Below the pieces are notes generated by a model. It saw only the letters and a program-made list of their open reading frames with translations, had not been told where the DNA came from and made no database searches. From the NCBI GenBank assembly GCA_034434995.1, contig DAOTYF010000055.1:499-64498 (forward strand): DNA of 64,000 nt. The letters are read 5' to 3'. Made by a program: the position numbers and the translations under genes. This DNA is from Anaerolineae bacterium (GTDB lineage: Bacteria > Chloroflexota > Anaerolineae > Aggregatilineales > UBA3940). Below are positions 8,447 to 17,959 of this stretch, piece by piece (positions within the stretch are counted from its first letter, which is position 1; the number at the start of each line of letters is the position of its first letter).

Positions 8447-9118
8447 CTATCCGAAGCTGAGCAGGCGATTCTCTTCGCTGGGCCGGAATTCAAGAATTTT
8501 TACAGTGCCTAGCTTTGCCAGTTCTTCCTTCAGCTTGCTTTCATCCCCGCCGCGCTCCTTGATATCCGCGATAGCATAGCCGGGCTTATCATAGAATAGA
8601 GTTACTGAGACGATGTAACTACCAGCAGAAGCCATCGCCCCCAGGATACTCGCCAGTTGGCCCTTCTCATCGGGCATCTGCACTTCCACGTGAGAGCCTG
8701 GCTGACCACCTCCCATGATGTCCACAAATGATTTGAAGATATCGGTATCGGTGATAATCCCCACAAGGCGATCTTCTCGCACCACCGGCAGGCAGCCAAT
8801 CTCGCGGTCGATCATGAACCGGGCAGCGGCGGCAAGGCTGCAATCCTCCTCCACCGCAAGCGCCGGCTTGCTCATGATATCATCCATTGTTACCTTGTCT
8901 AGCAACGAGTAGATCTCAAAGACGCTCAGCGAGGTTACAGGCGAGGGGGCTGCACTGAGCATATCACTGTGCGAGACAACCCCAACAAGGCTTCCTTTCT
9001 TGTCAACAATCGGCAAATGGTGAATATGGTTGTCTTGCATGAGATGCATTGCCTCAGAGTAGGTTGTCTGCGGTGTGGCGGTAATGGGGTTGGATGTCAT
9101 GCGCAACTTGACTTTCAT
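8447..9118 (-). CDS. CBS-pair plus ACT-like domain protein (AcuB-like)
   Basis: Two CBS repeats are present (MTSNPITATPQTTYSEAMHLMQDNHIHHLPIV; IMSKPALAVEEDCSLAAAARFMIDREIGCLPVV). They are followed by a C-terminal ACT-like segment. The start was trimmed to the ATG at 9118. Confidence 0.8.
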   Translation of the reverse strand: MKVKLRMTSNPITATPQTTYSEAMHLMQDNHIHHLPIVDKKGSLVGVVSHSDMLSAAPSPVTSLSVFEIYSLLDKVTMDDIMSKPALAVEEDCSLAAAARFMIDREIGCLPVVREDRLVGIITDTDIFKSFVDIMGGGQPGSHVEVQMPDEKGQLASILGAMASAGSYIVSVTLFYDKPGYAIADIKERGGDESKLKEELAKLGTVKILEFRPSEENRLLSFG

Positions 9119-9361
9119 TACTGTCACCTTGTCCTTTCTCTTAGCGAGGCGACTGAATGTGCTGGGCAACTGAGGGTAAGATCGGCCTACACCTGCCGGT
9201 AGTATAGCGCGAAATTCAGGCAAGTAACGGAAAGCTTGGATGGAAAGATTATCGCCTCACGGACAAACGGCGCCTTTCCTCCAGCCCATGATTATCTCAA
9301 ACTCAAAGAGCATCCAGCCTTTGGAATGCCACAACCGTTGGTCTCACCAGAGGGACGAAAG

Positions 9362-9790
9362 TCAGGTTTCGGTTGGACCCTCATCAATGATTTCAAAGTC
9401 ATGGGTGACAGGCACGCCGAGCCTGAGGGTCGCAGACACACAGCAATACTTCTCATCCGAAAGATCGATGGCGGCACGCACCGCCTTTTCGGAGAGACCG
9501 CGTCCGATCACACGATAGTGGATGTGGAAGGCCCGAAAGGCCCAAGGAGGGTCAGAATCCTGTTCTGCGCTAACGCGGATCTCCAGGTGTGTCAAGGGCT
9601 GGCGCTTCTTCTGGAGTATGCCGATCACATCTACTGCGGTGCAACTTCCCAGCGAGAGTAGCAGGAGATCGGAGGGCTTGCAGCCGATCTTGCCATCTTC
9701 GCCGGTGGAGGAGATGACGATGCCATGATTGGTGCTGTCGATTCCGACAAACTGCTTCTCGTCCAGCCATTTGATGGTGACTTCGGGCAT
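9362..9790 (-). CDS. OsmC/Ohr family protein
   Basis: Size and motifs are typical of the OsmC fold (KPSDLLLLSLGSCTAVDV ... KYCCVSATL). Confidence 0.8.
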   Translation of the reverse strand: MPEVTIKWLDEKQFVGIDSTNHGIVISSTGEDGKIGCKPSDLLLLSLGSCTAVDVIGILQKKRQPLTHLEIRVSAEQDSDPPWAFRAFHIHYRVIGRGLSEKAVRAAIDLSDEKYCCVSATLRLGVPVTHDFEIIDEGPTET

Positions 9791-9947
9791 GATGTCCTCT
9801 TGTATGTGCAGTTAGAAGGAAACAGGAAACCAGGATAGAAGGATTATAGCGATAAGCAGAGGGGGATCGGATCGTGGGGACGGATAGCCAAACAAAGCGG
9901 CTAGATAGCACGCCAAACCCGTAATGGCCTTCGAACGGATGATCAAC

Positions 9948-10496
9948 TTAGCTCGTCCTGCCCCCCCGCTTCACAAGCCACCACACCCACGCGCAGAACC
10001 AATACAGGATAGTTAGCCCCAGTAGCAGGAACTTGAGCGAGGCAGCTAAGCCGGCCAACAGCGGGGTGAGAACTGGCACAGATGGATCATTCAACATGCT
10101 GAGCAGCATCAGGTTCTCTAGCACATCGAACAGGGCAGCAGCCATGCAACCTATCGCCAGCATGAACCCTATAGTCTGCCCCCAGCCTTGCTGGGCACGG
10201 GCAGTGAGCAGGGTGATCCCGGCCAATGAGAGTGCGTAAGCGGGTATAAATCCAAAGTCCACCAGCAAGCTGTGGCGGGCCGCCTCACGCCCTTCAGGCC
10301 CCCAGGAAACCAGAATCTCCTGAGCACGCCCTGGGGTAAAAGCCAGCTCGTAAGGCACGATCCCAACTCCGCTCTCCCGGGTCATCACCTGCTCAGGTGC
10401 TCTCATTTGCACCCACAGGGCCACCATAATCATCGCCGATATCAGGCTGGCTACAGCCAAGATGGGGTTCGATGGTCTCACCCGCAGGGTATTCAT
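9948..10496 (-). CDS. hypothetical multi-pass membrane protein
   Basis: It has 4-5 hydrophobic segments and no recognisable motif. Protein-like composition supports coding. Confidence 0.55.
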   Translation of the reverse strand: MNTLRVRPSNPILAVASLISAMIMVALWVQMRAPEQVMTRESGVGIVPYELAFTPGRAQEILVSWGPEGREAARHSLLVDFGFIPAYALSLAGITLLTARAQQGWGQTIGFMLAIGCMAAALFDVLENLMLLSMLNDPSVPVLTPLLAGLAASLKFLLLGLTILYWFCAWVWWLVKRGGRTS

Positions 10497-10554
10497 ATCC
10501 TAACTCCTTTCGGATGGAAGTGCGTGTTATAATCGCACATCGAGGATTTCGGCA

Positions 10555-11400
10555 ATGAAACGGTCGGTGTGGTTCCGCGCGGGAGCGATGCTCGTCCTGG
10601 TCGTTGCATTGTTCGCACTGGTTGGACAAGCCAGCGCCCAACCTGTTTTGGTCGATGCGTCACCTGCCCCCGGCTCAACCTTGATTGCTCCACCGCAAAC
10701 GGTCATCCTGACATTCGATCGGATCCTCAGTGGTCAGGGAACAACCATCCGCATCACTGACGAGCGTGGACAGCGAGTCGATCAGAACGACACACACCTT
10801 GATCCTACCAACCGGTTTCGGGCATCCATATCGCTTCAAACCCTGATTGAAGGCCGTTATACCGTGTCCTACACAGTAGCCGCGGTCGGCAGTTCAACCG
10901 TGTTGGTTGGTAGCTACGAGTTCGCCATCGATCTCCCGCCACCCACGCTGGCCTTGATCGCGCCTGTAGACGGCCAAGCGTTCGGGGCTGGTATTGTTCC
11001 GCTCCAGATGCAGGTACAGTACTTCGACTTCGGCCTGTATAACAACCGTATCCGGCTGTACGTTGATGATGGCCTTTATGCGGAGTTGCGGACGCTGAGC
11101 TACGACCTGGAAAGCCTGCCACCCGGAGTCCACAAGATCACAGCGGTGCTGGCGCAATTCGAGGATCAGGAGCTGCCAGAGACGGCGGTCACCGTCACCA
11201 TCGCGATAACACAGCCGGACCCCGAATCCGAAGGACGGGAACAAGCAGCAGTTGCTCCTCCTGATCCTGGCCTGCAACTGACCATACCCCAGCTAGTTGG
11301 CACGATTCTGGCGACTATGGTTCTGCTATGGTTGGGCATTTGGCTAGGCCGCTTACCAGAATTAGAGGCCAACGGCAGCGATGTCAATCCACGACCGTGA
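10555..11400 (+). CDS. CopC-domain secreted/membrane-anchored protein
   Basis: A signal peptide (MLVLVVALFALVGQASA) is followed by a CopC-like N-terminal domain (VDASPAPGSTLIAPPQTVILTFDRIL...RYTVSYTVAA). A second beta-rich segment and a C-terminal TM helix follow. Confidence 0.65.
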   Translation: MKRSVWFRAGAMLVLVVALFALVGQASAQPVLVDASPAPGSTLIAPPQTVILTFDRILSGQGTTIRITDERGQRVDQNDTHLDPTNRFRASISLQTLIEGRYTVSYTVAAVGSSTVLVGSYEFAIDLPPPTLALIAPVDGQAFGAGIVPLQMQVQYFDFGLYNNRIRLYVDDGLYAELRTLSYDLESLPPGVHKITAVLAQFEDQELPETAVTVTIAITQPDPESEGREQAAVAPPDPGLQLTIPQLVGTILATMVLLWLGIWLGRLPELEANGSDVNPRP

Positions 11401-12136
11401 ACGTGCGCGAGTCTAGCAACCGGTCACCGATGTAGAATTCAATCTCATATTCCCCGGCTGGCCAGCCGCCCTGGGCATCGAAGTAATAGTATGCGATCCC
11501 CTCCTCGCCACGTTCCCAGAGTTCGCTTTCAGCCCGGACCACAACTCCGTTTAGCAACAGCACCCGTGACCACGAGATGCCATTTGCCATGTTCGCATAC
11601 TCAATCCACATGTAGAGGCGTGGCAGGCCCGCCGGGAACGTCGTAGCCGCATTGACTGGCCTGAGATCGGACGAGATGCCGCTGGAGATGGCCGTGACCC
11701 GTAGTGTAGCGTTGGTTGGAGGCGTAACCTCCGACTCAACGGTGGCAAGGAAAGGTGTGGGAGTCACCGTCGGGGTGGGCTGCGTGGGTGTGATGGTCGG
11801 CGGTGCGAAGAGTGGGTTCTTAGGGGTCAGGCTAGGATTCGGTGTGACAGATGGAATCATGGGCACGGCAGGCGACAAGGTCTCCATCGGCGCAAGGAAC
11901 AACGAGCCAAGGCTCGGGCGCGGGAGGGTTCGCCGCGCATAGATAGCGACCACGGCCAGAGCTAACGCCACAATGCAGATCATCACCCATCGCCAAGCTG
12001 CCCGGGCTGCATCGCGGCGGATGCGAAAGTAGGGTGCGCGGCGCGCGCGGCGAAAGTTGGCTGACGATCCCAGCAAGGCAATGAGTATGACCAATCCAAG
12101 GATATAGGGGATGACATAGACCAGGAGCGAGATCAC
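11384..12136 (-). CDS. hypothetical membrane-anchored protein with Pro/Thr linker
   Basis: It has two N-terminal TM helices, a PT-rich linker (PPTITPTQPTPTVTPTP) and a C-terminal beta-rich domain. Its 3' end overlaps the convergent CopC-domain gene by 17 nt. Confidence 0.55.
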   Translation of the reverse strand: MISLLVYVIPYILGLVILIALLGSSANFRRARRAPYFRIRRDAARAAWRWVMICIVALALAVVAIYARRTLPRPSLGSLFLAPMETLSPAVPMIPSVTPNPSLTPKNPLFAPPTITPTQPTPTVTPTPFLATVESEVTPPTNATLRVTAISSGISSDLRPVNAATTFPAGLPRLYMWIEYANMANGISWSRVLLLNGVVVRAESELWERGEEGIAYYYFDAQGGWPAGEYEIEFYIGDRLLDSRTFTVVD

Positions 12137-12315
12137 GGATGACGAATCCTGGGGTGCTCACTCTACGAGATGCCATCACCTAGTATAGCATAGGCTTGAT
12201 CCTATTGAGCTTCCCCTTTGGCTGGGGTGTGCCATTTTTAGGTTAAAAGCCGAGCACCATCTCCCGTATCGATCCCCTGAAACGAGCCGGGCCTATTGAT
12301 GTGGCCCATAAGCGC

Positions 12316-12344
12316 TTGACAATAAAGAACGTTTGGTCTATTAT
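12316..12344 (+). promoter_or_regulatory. near-consensus sigma70-type promoter
   Basis: TTGACA (12316-12321), a 17-nt spacer and TATTAT (12339-12344) sit in a locally AT-rich patch. An imperfect palindrome follows, AGGTAAATAT (12351-12360) and ATATATACCT (12368-12377), with 9 of 10 positions complementary. Confidence 0.45.
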
Positions 12345-12573
12345 CGTATTAGGTAAATATCTATTAAATATATACCTACCTAACAATGGAGCCATAGCTC
12401 TTTGGAATAGCCTGGAATCACACCTGGCCTGCCTTTGACAGTGCCCCAGAGCGAAAGCATACCGCTGAGCCTGGGAGGCAGGTCTTACAAATGGGCGCAA
12501 CCTCTCGAGCGACCCTCTTTGCCTGGAGAGCGACCTTCTCCGCTGAAGCGGTACGCTGGGTGCCTGCTCACTT

Positions 12574-12650
12574 GTAGGCTTTCGGCCTACGCTTTGTTTA
12601 TGTGGGGGCGGGTTTGGGCCGCAGGAACATTTATCGCCCGCCGCTTTTGT
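12574..12650 (+). terminator. two consecutive terminator/attenuator-like hairpins in the ABC operon leader
   Basis: GTAGGC-TTTCG-GCCTAC (12574-12590) is followed by GCTTTGTTTA. GGCGGG (12607-12612) pairs with CCCGCC (12637-12642) and is followed by GCTTTTGT. Both stems are short. Confidence 0.3.
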
Positions 12651-12742
12651 GCTTGGCGTTTCCTGTAGAATAGGGAGGAGTCTCCAAATAGGGTTGAAGT
12701 TGGATTGACGGTGTGCGGTATGGCGTTCACGGAGCAGAGAGC

Positions 12743-13777
12743 ATGAATACCTCGTACGCGATTCAAACAAATAACCTAGGGCGTATCTATAAGCTGCGCG
12801 GCCCCAGACACAAGAATGACCCAAGAGAGATTGTCGCGCTGGAGGGTGTCTACCTGGAGATCGAGCGGGGTGAGTTGTTTGGCTTGCTCGGCCCAAACGG
12901 TGCAGGTAAGACGACTTTGATCAAGATTCTCTGCACCCTGTTGCTACCAACAAGCGGCAGTGCCTTAGTAGATGGCCTAGACATCGTCAAAGAGGCCAGG
13001 GAGATTCGGCAATCCATCAGCATGGTTAGCGGTGGTGAGACCAGCGGTTATGGCCTGCTGACCGTTGAGGAGAATCTGTGGATGTTCGCCCGCTTCTATG
13101 GCCTGGATAATCAAACCGCACGCCAACGCATCGGCGAGATGTTAGAAGTGGTCGGTCTGACGGACCGTATGCGGACGAAGATATCCGACCTTTCCACCGG
13201 ACTACGACAGAAGATGAACTTCGTGCGCGGGTTTGTCAGCGATCCCAATGTGGTGTTCCTCGACGAACCAACGCTAGGGCTTGATGTAGGCGCGGCCCGC
13301 GAAGTTCGAGGCTTCATCCGACAATGGATGGCGGAACACCCAGACCGTACTATCCTATTGACCACTCATTACATGGCTGAGGCGGACGAGCTGTGTGACA
13401 GGCTGGCAATCATCGACCGAGGACGGCTGTTAGCGCTCGATACACCGGCCCGACTCAAGCGCCGCCTCCAGCGCGAGGCGATCTTCCATCTGAAGGTTGG
13501 GCCGCTTGGCCCGCGCCCCAGCAAAGAGGCCATGATCGAGAATGTGCCGGGTGTGCGTCAGGTAACTATTGGGGAACAAAATGGCCATACTGAACTTAGC
13601 CTGATCCTAGAAGGGGAAGACGCGCTGCCTGGTGTGCTGGCTCACCTTACCGGGCGAGGTTCGCACCTGATTGCGCTGGAGAAGCGCGAACCAACATTGG
13701 AGGATGTATTCGTCGATCTTGTCGGACGCAGATTGGATGTGGATACATCCCAACGCAGCGGGGAGGACGAAATCTAG
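12743..13777 (+). CDS. ABC transporter ATP-binding protein (ABC-2/DrrA-like)
   Basis: Walker A is GPNGAGKTT, the signature is LSTGLRQK and Walker B is VVFLDEPTLGLD. The start was trimmed to the ATG at 12743. Confidence 0.9.
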   Translation: MNTSYAIQTNNLGRIYKLRGPRHKNDPREIVALEGVYLEIERGELFGLLGPNGAGKTTLIKILCTLLLPTSGSALVDGLDIVKEAREIRQSISMVSGGETSGYGLLTVEENLWMFARFYGLDNQTARQRIGEMLEVVGLTDRMRTKISDLSTGLRQKMNFVRGFVSDPNVVFLDEPTLGLDVGAAREVRGFIRQWMAEHPDRTILLTTHYMAEADELCDRLAIIDRGRLLALDTPARLKRRLQREAIFHLKVGPLGPRPSKEAMIENVPGVRQVTIGEQNGHTELSLILEGEDALPGVLAHLTGRGSHLIALEKREPTLEDVFVDLVGRRLDVDTSQRSGEDEI

Positions 13778-14631
13778 TGGTTGCTGGAATTCATAGCGCT
13801 GAGCGGGTGAAGAGGCTGGTCGGCTTCCGGCTCTTCTGGGCCACAATGTGGGCACGGGCTTATCCCCGCATCGTTGGTGCGATGCGAGAGCGAAGCTGGA
13901 TGTTCTTCGAGACCCTGCTACCACTACTCGGCGTGACATCGTATGTATTCGTATACCGCGCCATAGGAGCACCGGAGGAATACATTGGTTTCGTGGTCGT
14001 TGGCGGCGCGATGACGGCTTTCTGGTTGAACGTGTTGTGGAGCATGGGCAGCCAGTTCTATTGGGACAAGGATATGGGCAATCTGGAACTCTACGTCCTG
14101 TGCCCCGGTCCCATGATGGCGATCCTTCTAGGTATGGCGGTCGGCGGGCTGGTCTTTGCTGGCGTGCGAGCGGCAACTATCTTACTTGTGACCACATTGC
14201 TGTTCCGCGTCAACTATCAGGTCGCCAACCTGCCACTGCTGGGTGGCGTATTCTTTGCAACCATGGCCGCTCTGTATGGCATGGGAATGTTGTTTGCCTC
14301 GGTGTTTTTGGCATCGGGGCGCGAGGCCTGGCACATCTCAAACCTGCTCCAGGAGCCGATCTATCTAGCCTCGGGGTTCTACTTCCCAGTGAAGGCATTG
14401 GGGTTCTGGATCGCCACCTTCGCCTCGATTATCCCTCTGACACTGGGACTCGATGCGATGCGGCAATTGCTGTTCACCGCCGACCCCACATTGGGCTTTC
14501 TCTCTGTGCCGCTGGAAACTGCGATCCTGATCGGATTGTCAGCGTTGTTCATCCCCCTAGCCTATGTAGCGCTTAGCAAGCTAGAGGAGATCGGTCGGCG
14601 CGAGGGGCGGTTGATCGAGCGGCGGCGCTAA
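13777..14631 (+). CDS. ABC-2 type transporter permease
   Basis: The GTG start overlaps the ATPase stop by 1 nt. It has about 6 TM segments, typical of ABC-2 permeases. Confidence 0.8.
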   Translation: MVAGIHSAERVKRLVGFRLFWATMWARAYPRIVGAMRERSWMFFETLLPLLGVTSYVFVYRAIGAPEEYIGFVVVGGAMTAFWLNVLWSMGSQFYWDKDMGNLELYVLCPGPMMAILLGMAVGGLVFAGVRAATILLVTTLLFRVNYQVANLPLLGGVFFATMAALYGMGMLFASVFLASGREAWHISNLLQEPIYLASGFYFPVKALGFWIATFASIIPLTLGLDAMRQLLFTADPTLGFLSVPLETAILIGLSALFIPLAYVALSKLEEIGRREGRLIERRR

Positions 14632-14642
14632 GGAGGTGCGTC

Positions 14643-15530
14643 ATGCTCCGTCGGAATATCCTAGATATCTCGTCTGTCCGACGCAGTAACGCACTGCGCA
14701 GCTTCTTGGTCGCGGCGTGGCTTGGCTGGCAGATTGAGTCCAACTGGACCGACCCACTCCTGTTTGCCATTTACTCAATTGCTCGCCCTCTTGCCAGCGT
14801 GGCGATCCTGGTGGTGATGTACAGCGTGATCACTAACGGCGCGCTCCAGGAACCAATCTTTGCATATATCTATCTAGGCAATGCTCTATACATCCTCGTT
14901 GGGCAGGTGATAACTGGTGTGAGCTGGGCAGTGATCGACGACCGCGAACACTACCGAACTCTGCGTCACCTGTTCACCACGCCAATGGATCACTACTGGT
15001 ATCTGATGGGGCGCGGAGTGGCGAAACTGATCATCGGCACAATCTCCGTATTAATCACCATCATCTTCGGGCTGATCGCCTTTCGGCTACCGATCCAATG
15101 GGCACCGATCAACTGGCCCCTGTTCATAAGTAGCACGGTTCTGGGGATCGTCTCACTGGCGGCACTGGGTATTATCCTCGGAGGGTTGACGCTGATGATG
15201 GCACGGCACTTCTGGGCCATCGGCGAGGCGGTGGCAGGGGCGCTTTATCTCTGCACTGGCGCGATCTTCCCGTTAGACACACTACCTGCCTGGGTTCGCC
15301 CTCTCGGCTTTGCCTTCCCAGTAACTTACTGGCTGGAACTGGCCCGCCGTGGCCTGTTGGGACCAGAGGCGCCCCGCTTCCCAACGTTGGCTGCCTTCAG
15401 TGATATAAACCTGCTGAGTATCTTGGCAATGCTTACTGCTATTCTAATAATCGGCTCTGTCTTCTTCTACCAGTGGGCAGTTCATCGAGCCAAGGAAAAA
15501 GGACTGATCGACATGGAGACGGCGTATTAG
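14643..15530 (+). CDS. ABC-2 type transporter permease (second, divergent copy)
   Basis: It starts 11 nt after the previous stop. It has about 6 TM segments and the same architecture as the preceding permease. Confidence 0.8.
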   Translation: MLRRNILDISSVRRSNALRSFLVAAWLGWQIESNWTDPLLFAIYSIARPLASVAILVVMYSVITNGALQEPIFAYIYLGNALYILVGQVITGVSWAVIDDREHYRTLRHLFTTPMDHYWYLMGRGVAKLIIGTISVLITIIFGLIAFRLPIQWAPINWPLFISSTVLGIVSLAALGIILGGLTLMMARHFWAIGEAVAGALYLCTGAIFPLDTLPAWVRPLGFAFPVTYWLELARRGLLGPEAPRFPTLAAFSDINLLSILAMLTAILIIGSVFFYQWAVHRAKEKGLIDMETAY

Positions 15531-15582
15531 CGCCATTAGCCAAAACGACCGGAGGCCCAGCTTGGTGGGCCTCCGTTTTACC

Positions 15583-16812
15583 TTATACCCGCTCATCGTT
15601 GGGGGGCAGCTCGGGTGGGGTTGGATTCGCTGGTTGTTCCTTCCCGCTAGCAGGTGAGGTTTCCTGGCCTGAAACATCCTGTGAAGCAGACCGCACTCCT
15701 TCCGGGGGAACCGCTTTTGTGGAGCCGCGTCTCCTCACTGAAACAGGCGTGGCCGATGCAGGTTTCTCCTCCAAGCTGCCTCCTGTCTCCAACGCCGTTG
15801 TGGGGATGCTCTCACCTGATGCATCGCTGTTGATGGAGGCGCTTTCCTCTGGGGTTGGCTGGGTCTCCTTCACTGCCGACGAGCCAAGTGCTTCTCCTGT
15901 GTCCTTTACGGGCGGCTCGGCCAGCCTGTCAACAGGGTGCGGCAGCTCCGTGCCAGTGGAAGTCACCGACGCCATTGGTTGGGTAACTTCGCCAGGGGCT
16001 TCCTCGGGGGTCGGTGGCCGGTGCATTGGCTGTGGAGGGAGGGAAGGGGTTGGGTGAGTGGGCGCACTGGCCCTCCGGCCCAGGGGGCCGGTCTTGTCCT
16101 TGTCCGCTTTTTCCACTGGCTTGGTAGCCTCTGTCTTGGCAGCTTCTTTTGGTTGCTCCACGCCCGCAGGACCATCGATGATTCGCACCGTGAAGGTCAG
16201 CTGTCCCAGCGTGATGCTGTCGTTGTTCTGGATAGCGCGAGTGATGCCTGCTCCCAAGTGAAGGGCATTGTGCTGCGTACCATTGGTGCTGGAAAGGTCA
16301 ATGATATACAGGCAGTTTCTCGTAGGGCGAAGCAAGGCATGACGGCGCGAAACCCCCGACTCAAGCCCTCCGTAGGGTTCAAGGTCAATATCAGGTGCAT
16401 TCGCACCGGCCACCCCACGGCCCAGTACCACATCACCAACAATGTCCAGGCCAAGCGGACCGGCGTCCCGCCTGAGCCCATGCAGTTCGATGCGCCAGCG
16501 AGGACTATCCTGAGGCGGCGCCGCGGCGAGCTTGGCAGGCACGACTGTATATACCTGCGCCGAGCCGAACTCCGTTCCGAATGGAAGACGGGCCGAGTCC
16601 GGCATCAGTTGGTCATCTTCCTGTTCGAGGCGGTTGGTTGGCTGGCTGGCTGCCTGTTCCGCCAATTTGGCGACGGCAGCTTTCATCAGCCGTTCCCTTT
16701 CCTTCTCAACCACACTTTTCGCTATAGGCTGCTTTACTGACCCCGACTCGCCTGGCGCAGCATTACCGTTCTGACTACTCGCATTCTGTGGTTCATCTTC
16801 CTGAACAGGCAT
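15583..16812 (-). CDS. FHA domain-containing protein with long disordered C-terminal tail
   Basis: The FHA core is VVLGRGVAGANAPDIDLEPYGGLESGVSRRHALLRPTRNCLYIIDLSSTNGTQHN. The tail is rich in Pro/Ser/Thr/Glu. Confidence 0.85.
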   Translation of the reverse strand: MPVQEDEPQNASSQNGNAAPGESGSVKQPIAKSVVEKERERLMKAAVAKLAEQAASQPTNRLEQEDDQLMPDSARLPFGTEFGSAQVYTVVPAKLAAAPPQDSPRWRIELHGLRRDAGPLGLDIVGDVVLGRGVAGANAPDIDLEPYGGLESGVSRRHALLRPTRNCLYIIDLSSTNGTQHNALHLGAGITRAIQNNDSITLGQLTFTVRIIDGPAGVEQPKEAAKTEATKPVEKADKDKTGPLGRRASAPTHPTPSLPPQPMHRPPTPEEAPGEVTQPMASVTSTGTELPHPVDRLAEPPVKDTGEALGSSAVKETQPTPEESASINSDASGESIPTTALETGGSLEEKPASATPVSVRRRGSTKAVPPEGVRSASQDVSGQETSPASGKEQPANPTPPELPPNDERV

Positions 16813-16836
16813 CGATTTACCTTCCGCCTCAACCGA

Positions 16837-17742
16837 TCACTCGTCCTTGTGAGCGGCTGGCTTATATCGAGAGGTAGCCTCCGAACCTTTGTGGCCCGTT
16901 TGAGTCCTCTCTGAGGGCGATCCAGAGGGGGAGAGAGGCTTAGTTCCCTCGAAGTCGGGATGGGGAGTTCTCATTGGCACCTTCGCATCCTGCGAGGTTC
17001 CCTCAGACGTTACGCGATCCTCCCGAGTTTCCCCTCCAGTCAGCGCTGATTGGGGGTGAGCTTGGGGTTCCTGGTGGACTGGCTGTGTCTTCTCAACAGG
17101 ATGCGCTGACGGAGAGGAAACAATGCGAAGGGTCAGGATCAGATCTCCCAGCATCAGCACGTCCCCATCAGCGAGAATGCGCGCAATCCCGGGGCCAACC
17201 GGTACAGAATTGTGCAGCGTCCCGTTGGTACTCCCCAGATCAATAAGGTAGAGCCGAGTGGGTGTTGGTCGCAGCATAAGGTGCTGGCGCGAGACGCCCT
17301 TCTCCTTAGCTCCCAGGTCGCTAAGATCGACCCCCCCGGGTGATGCAACCCGCTCACCGCGCCCCAGAATGGTATCCCCCTCCAGTTCCAAGCCGATTGT
17401 CTGGCCGCCATCGGCCAACAGTTGGACGCGCCAGGGTTCCGCCAACCGCCCCTGGGGGAGGGGACCGGTTTTTCTATAGCGGACTTCACCGGGAAGGGCC
17501 AGTGCCCCAAACGCAATACGGTGCGTCTCCGCTCCATCAGTTGGTGTTGTGCGATCCTGATCCTGTGACTTCACTTTGATCCCTGCAACAGCGTTAGAGT
17601 GCGCAGATTCGCCATTCGACTTCTCAGTAGCATGGCGCGCCTTGGATGAGAGAGCTGCTCGCGTACTGCGCGCATAATAGTCTGTGATGCACCAATCTCT
17701 ATCGTGTCGTGAGCGAGGGAAAGATCCATCACTCCCTCTCAT
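16837..17742 (-). CDS. FHA domain-containing protein (paralog)
   Basis: The FHA core is TILGRGERVASPGGVDLSDLGAKEKGVSRQHLMLRPTPTRLYLIDLGSTNGTLHN. The start codon is uncertain. Confidence 0.8.
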   Translation of the reverse strand: MRGSDGSFPRSRHDRDWCITDYYARSTRAALSSKARHATEKSNGESAHSNAVAGIKVKSQDQDRTTPTDGAETHRIAFGALALPGEVRYRKTGPLPQGRLAEPWRVQLLADGGQTIGLELEGDTILGRGERVASPGGVDLSDLGAKEKGVSRQHLMLRPTPTRLYLIDLGSTNGTLHNSVPVGPGIARILADGDVLMLGDLILTLRIVSSPSAHPVEKTQPVHQEPQAHPQSALTGGETREDRVTSEGTSQDAKVPMRTPHPDFEGTKPLSPSGSPSERTQTGHKGSEATSRYKPAAHKDE

Positions 17743-17959
17743 CTCCCAATTATAGACTTTTTTCGCTGATTTGCTTGTCCGTGGGTTAGGAGATTCGTGG
17801 ATGCAGGGAGGACTCTGAATTGCACCGCCCTTCTATACAAGAATTTGGCTCCCTGTGCTTCCGAATTCGCCTAATGGCGCCCCAGGATCGCACCCCAGAG
17901 ATGGTCAAATACCCTCTTCTAGGTTGTCCTGCCCTCATGGGCGTGATACCATCGTCGCT

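Noticed and set aside
12243-12896. A 217-aa minus-strand ORF spanning the large intergenic region and the start of the ABC ATPase gene.
   Set aside because: Its composition is Arg/Ser/Pro-rich and low in complexity. It overlaps the well-supported ABC gene start and runs through the AT-rich promoter patch. There is no RBS or recognisable domain.
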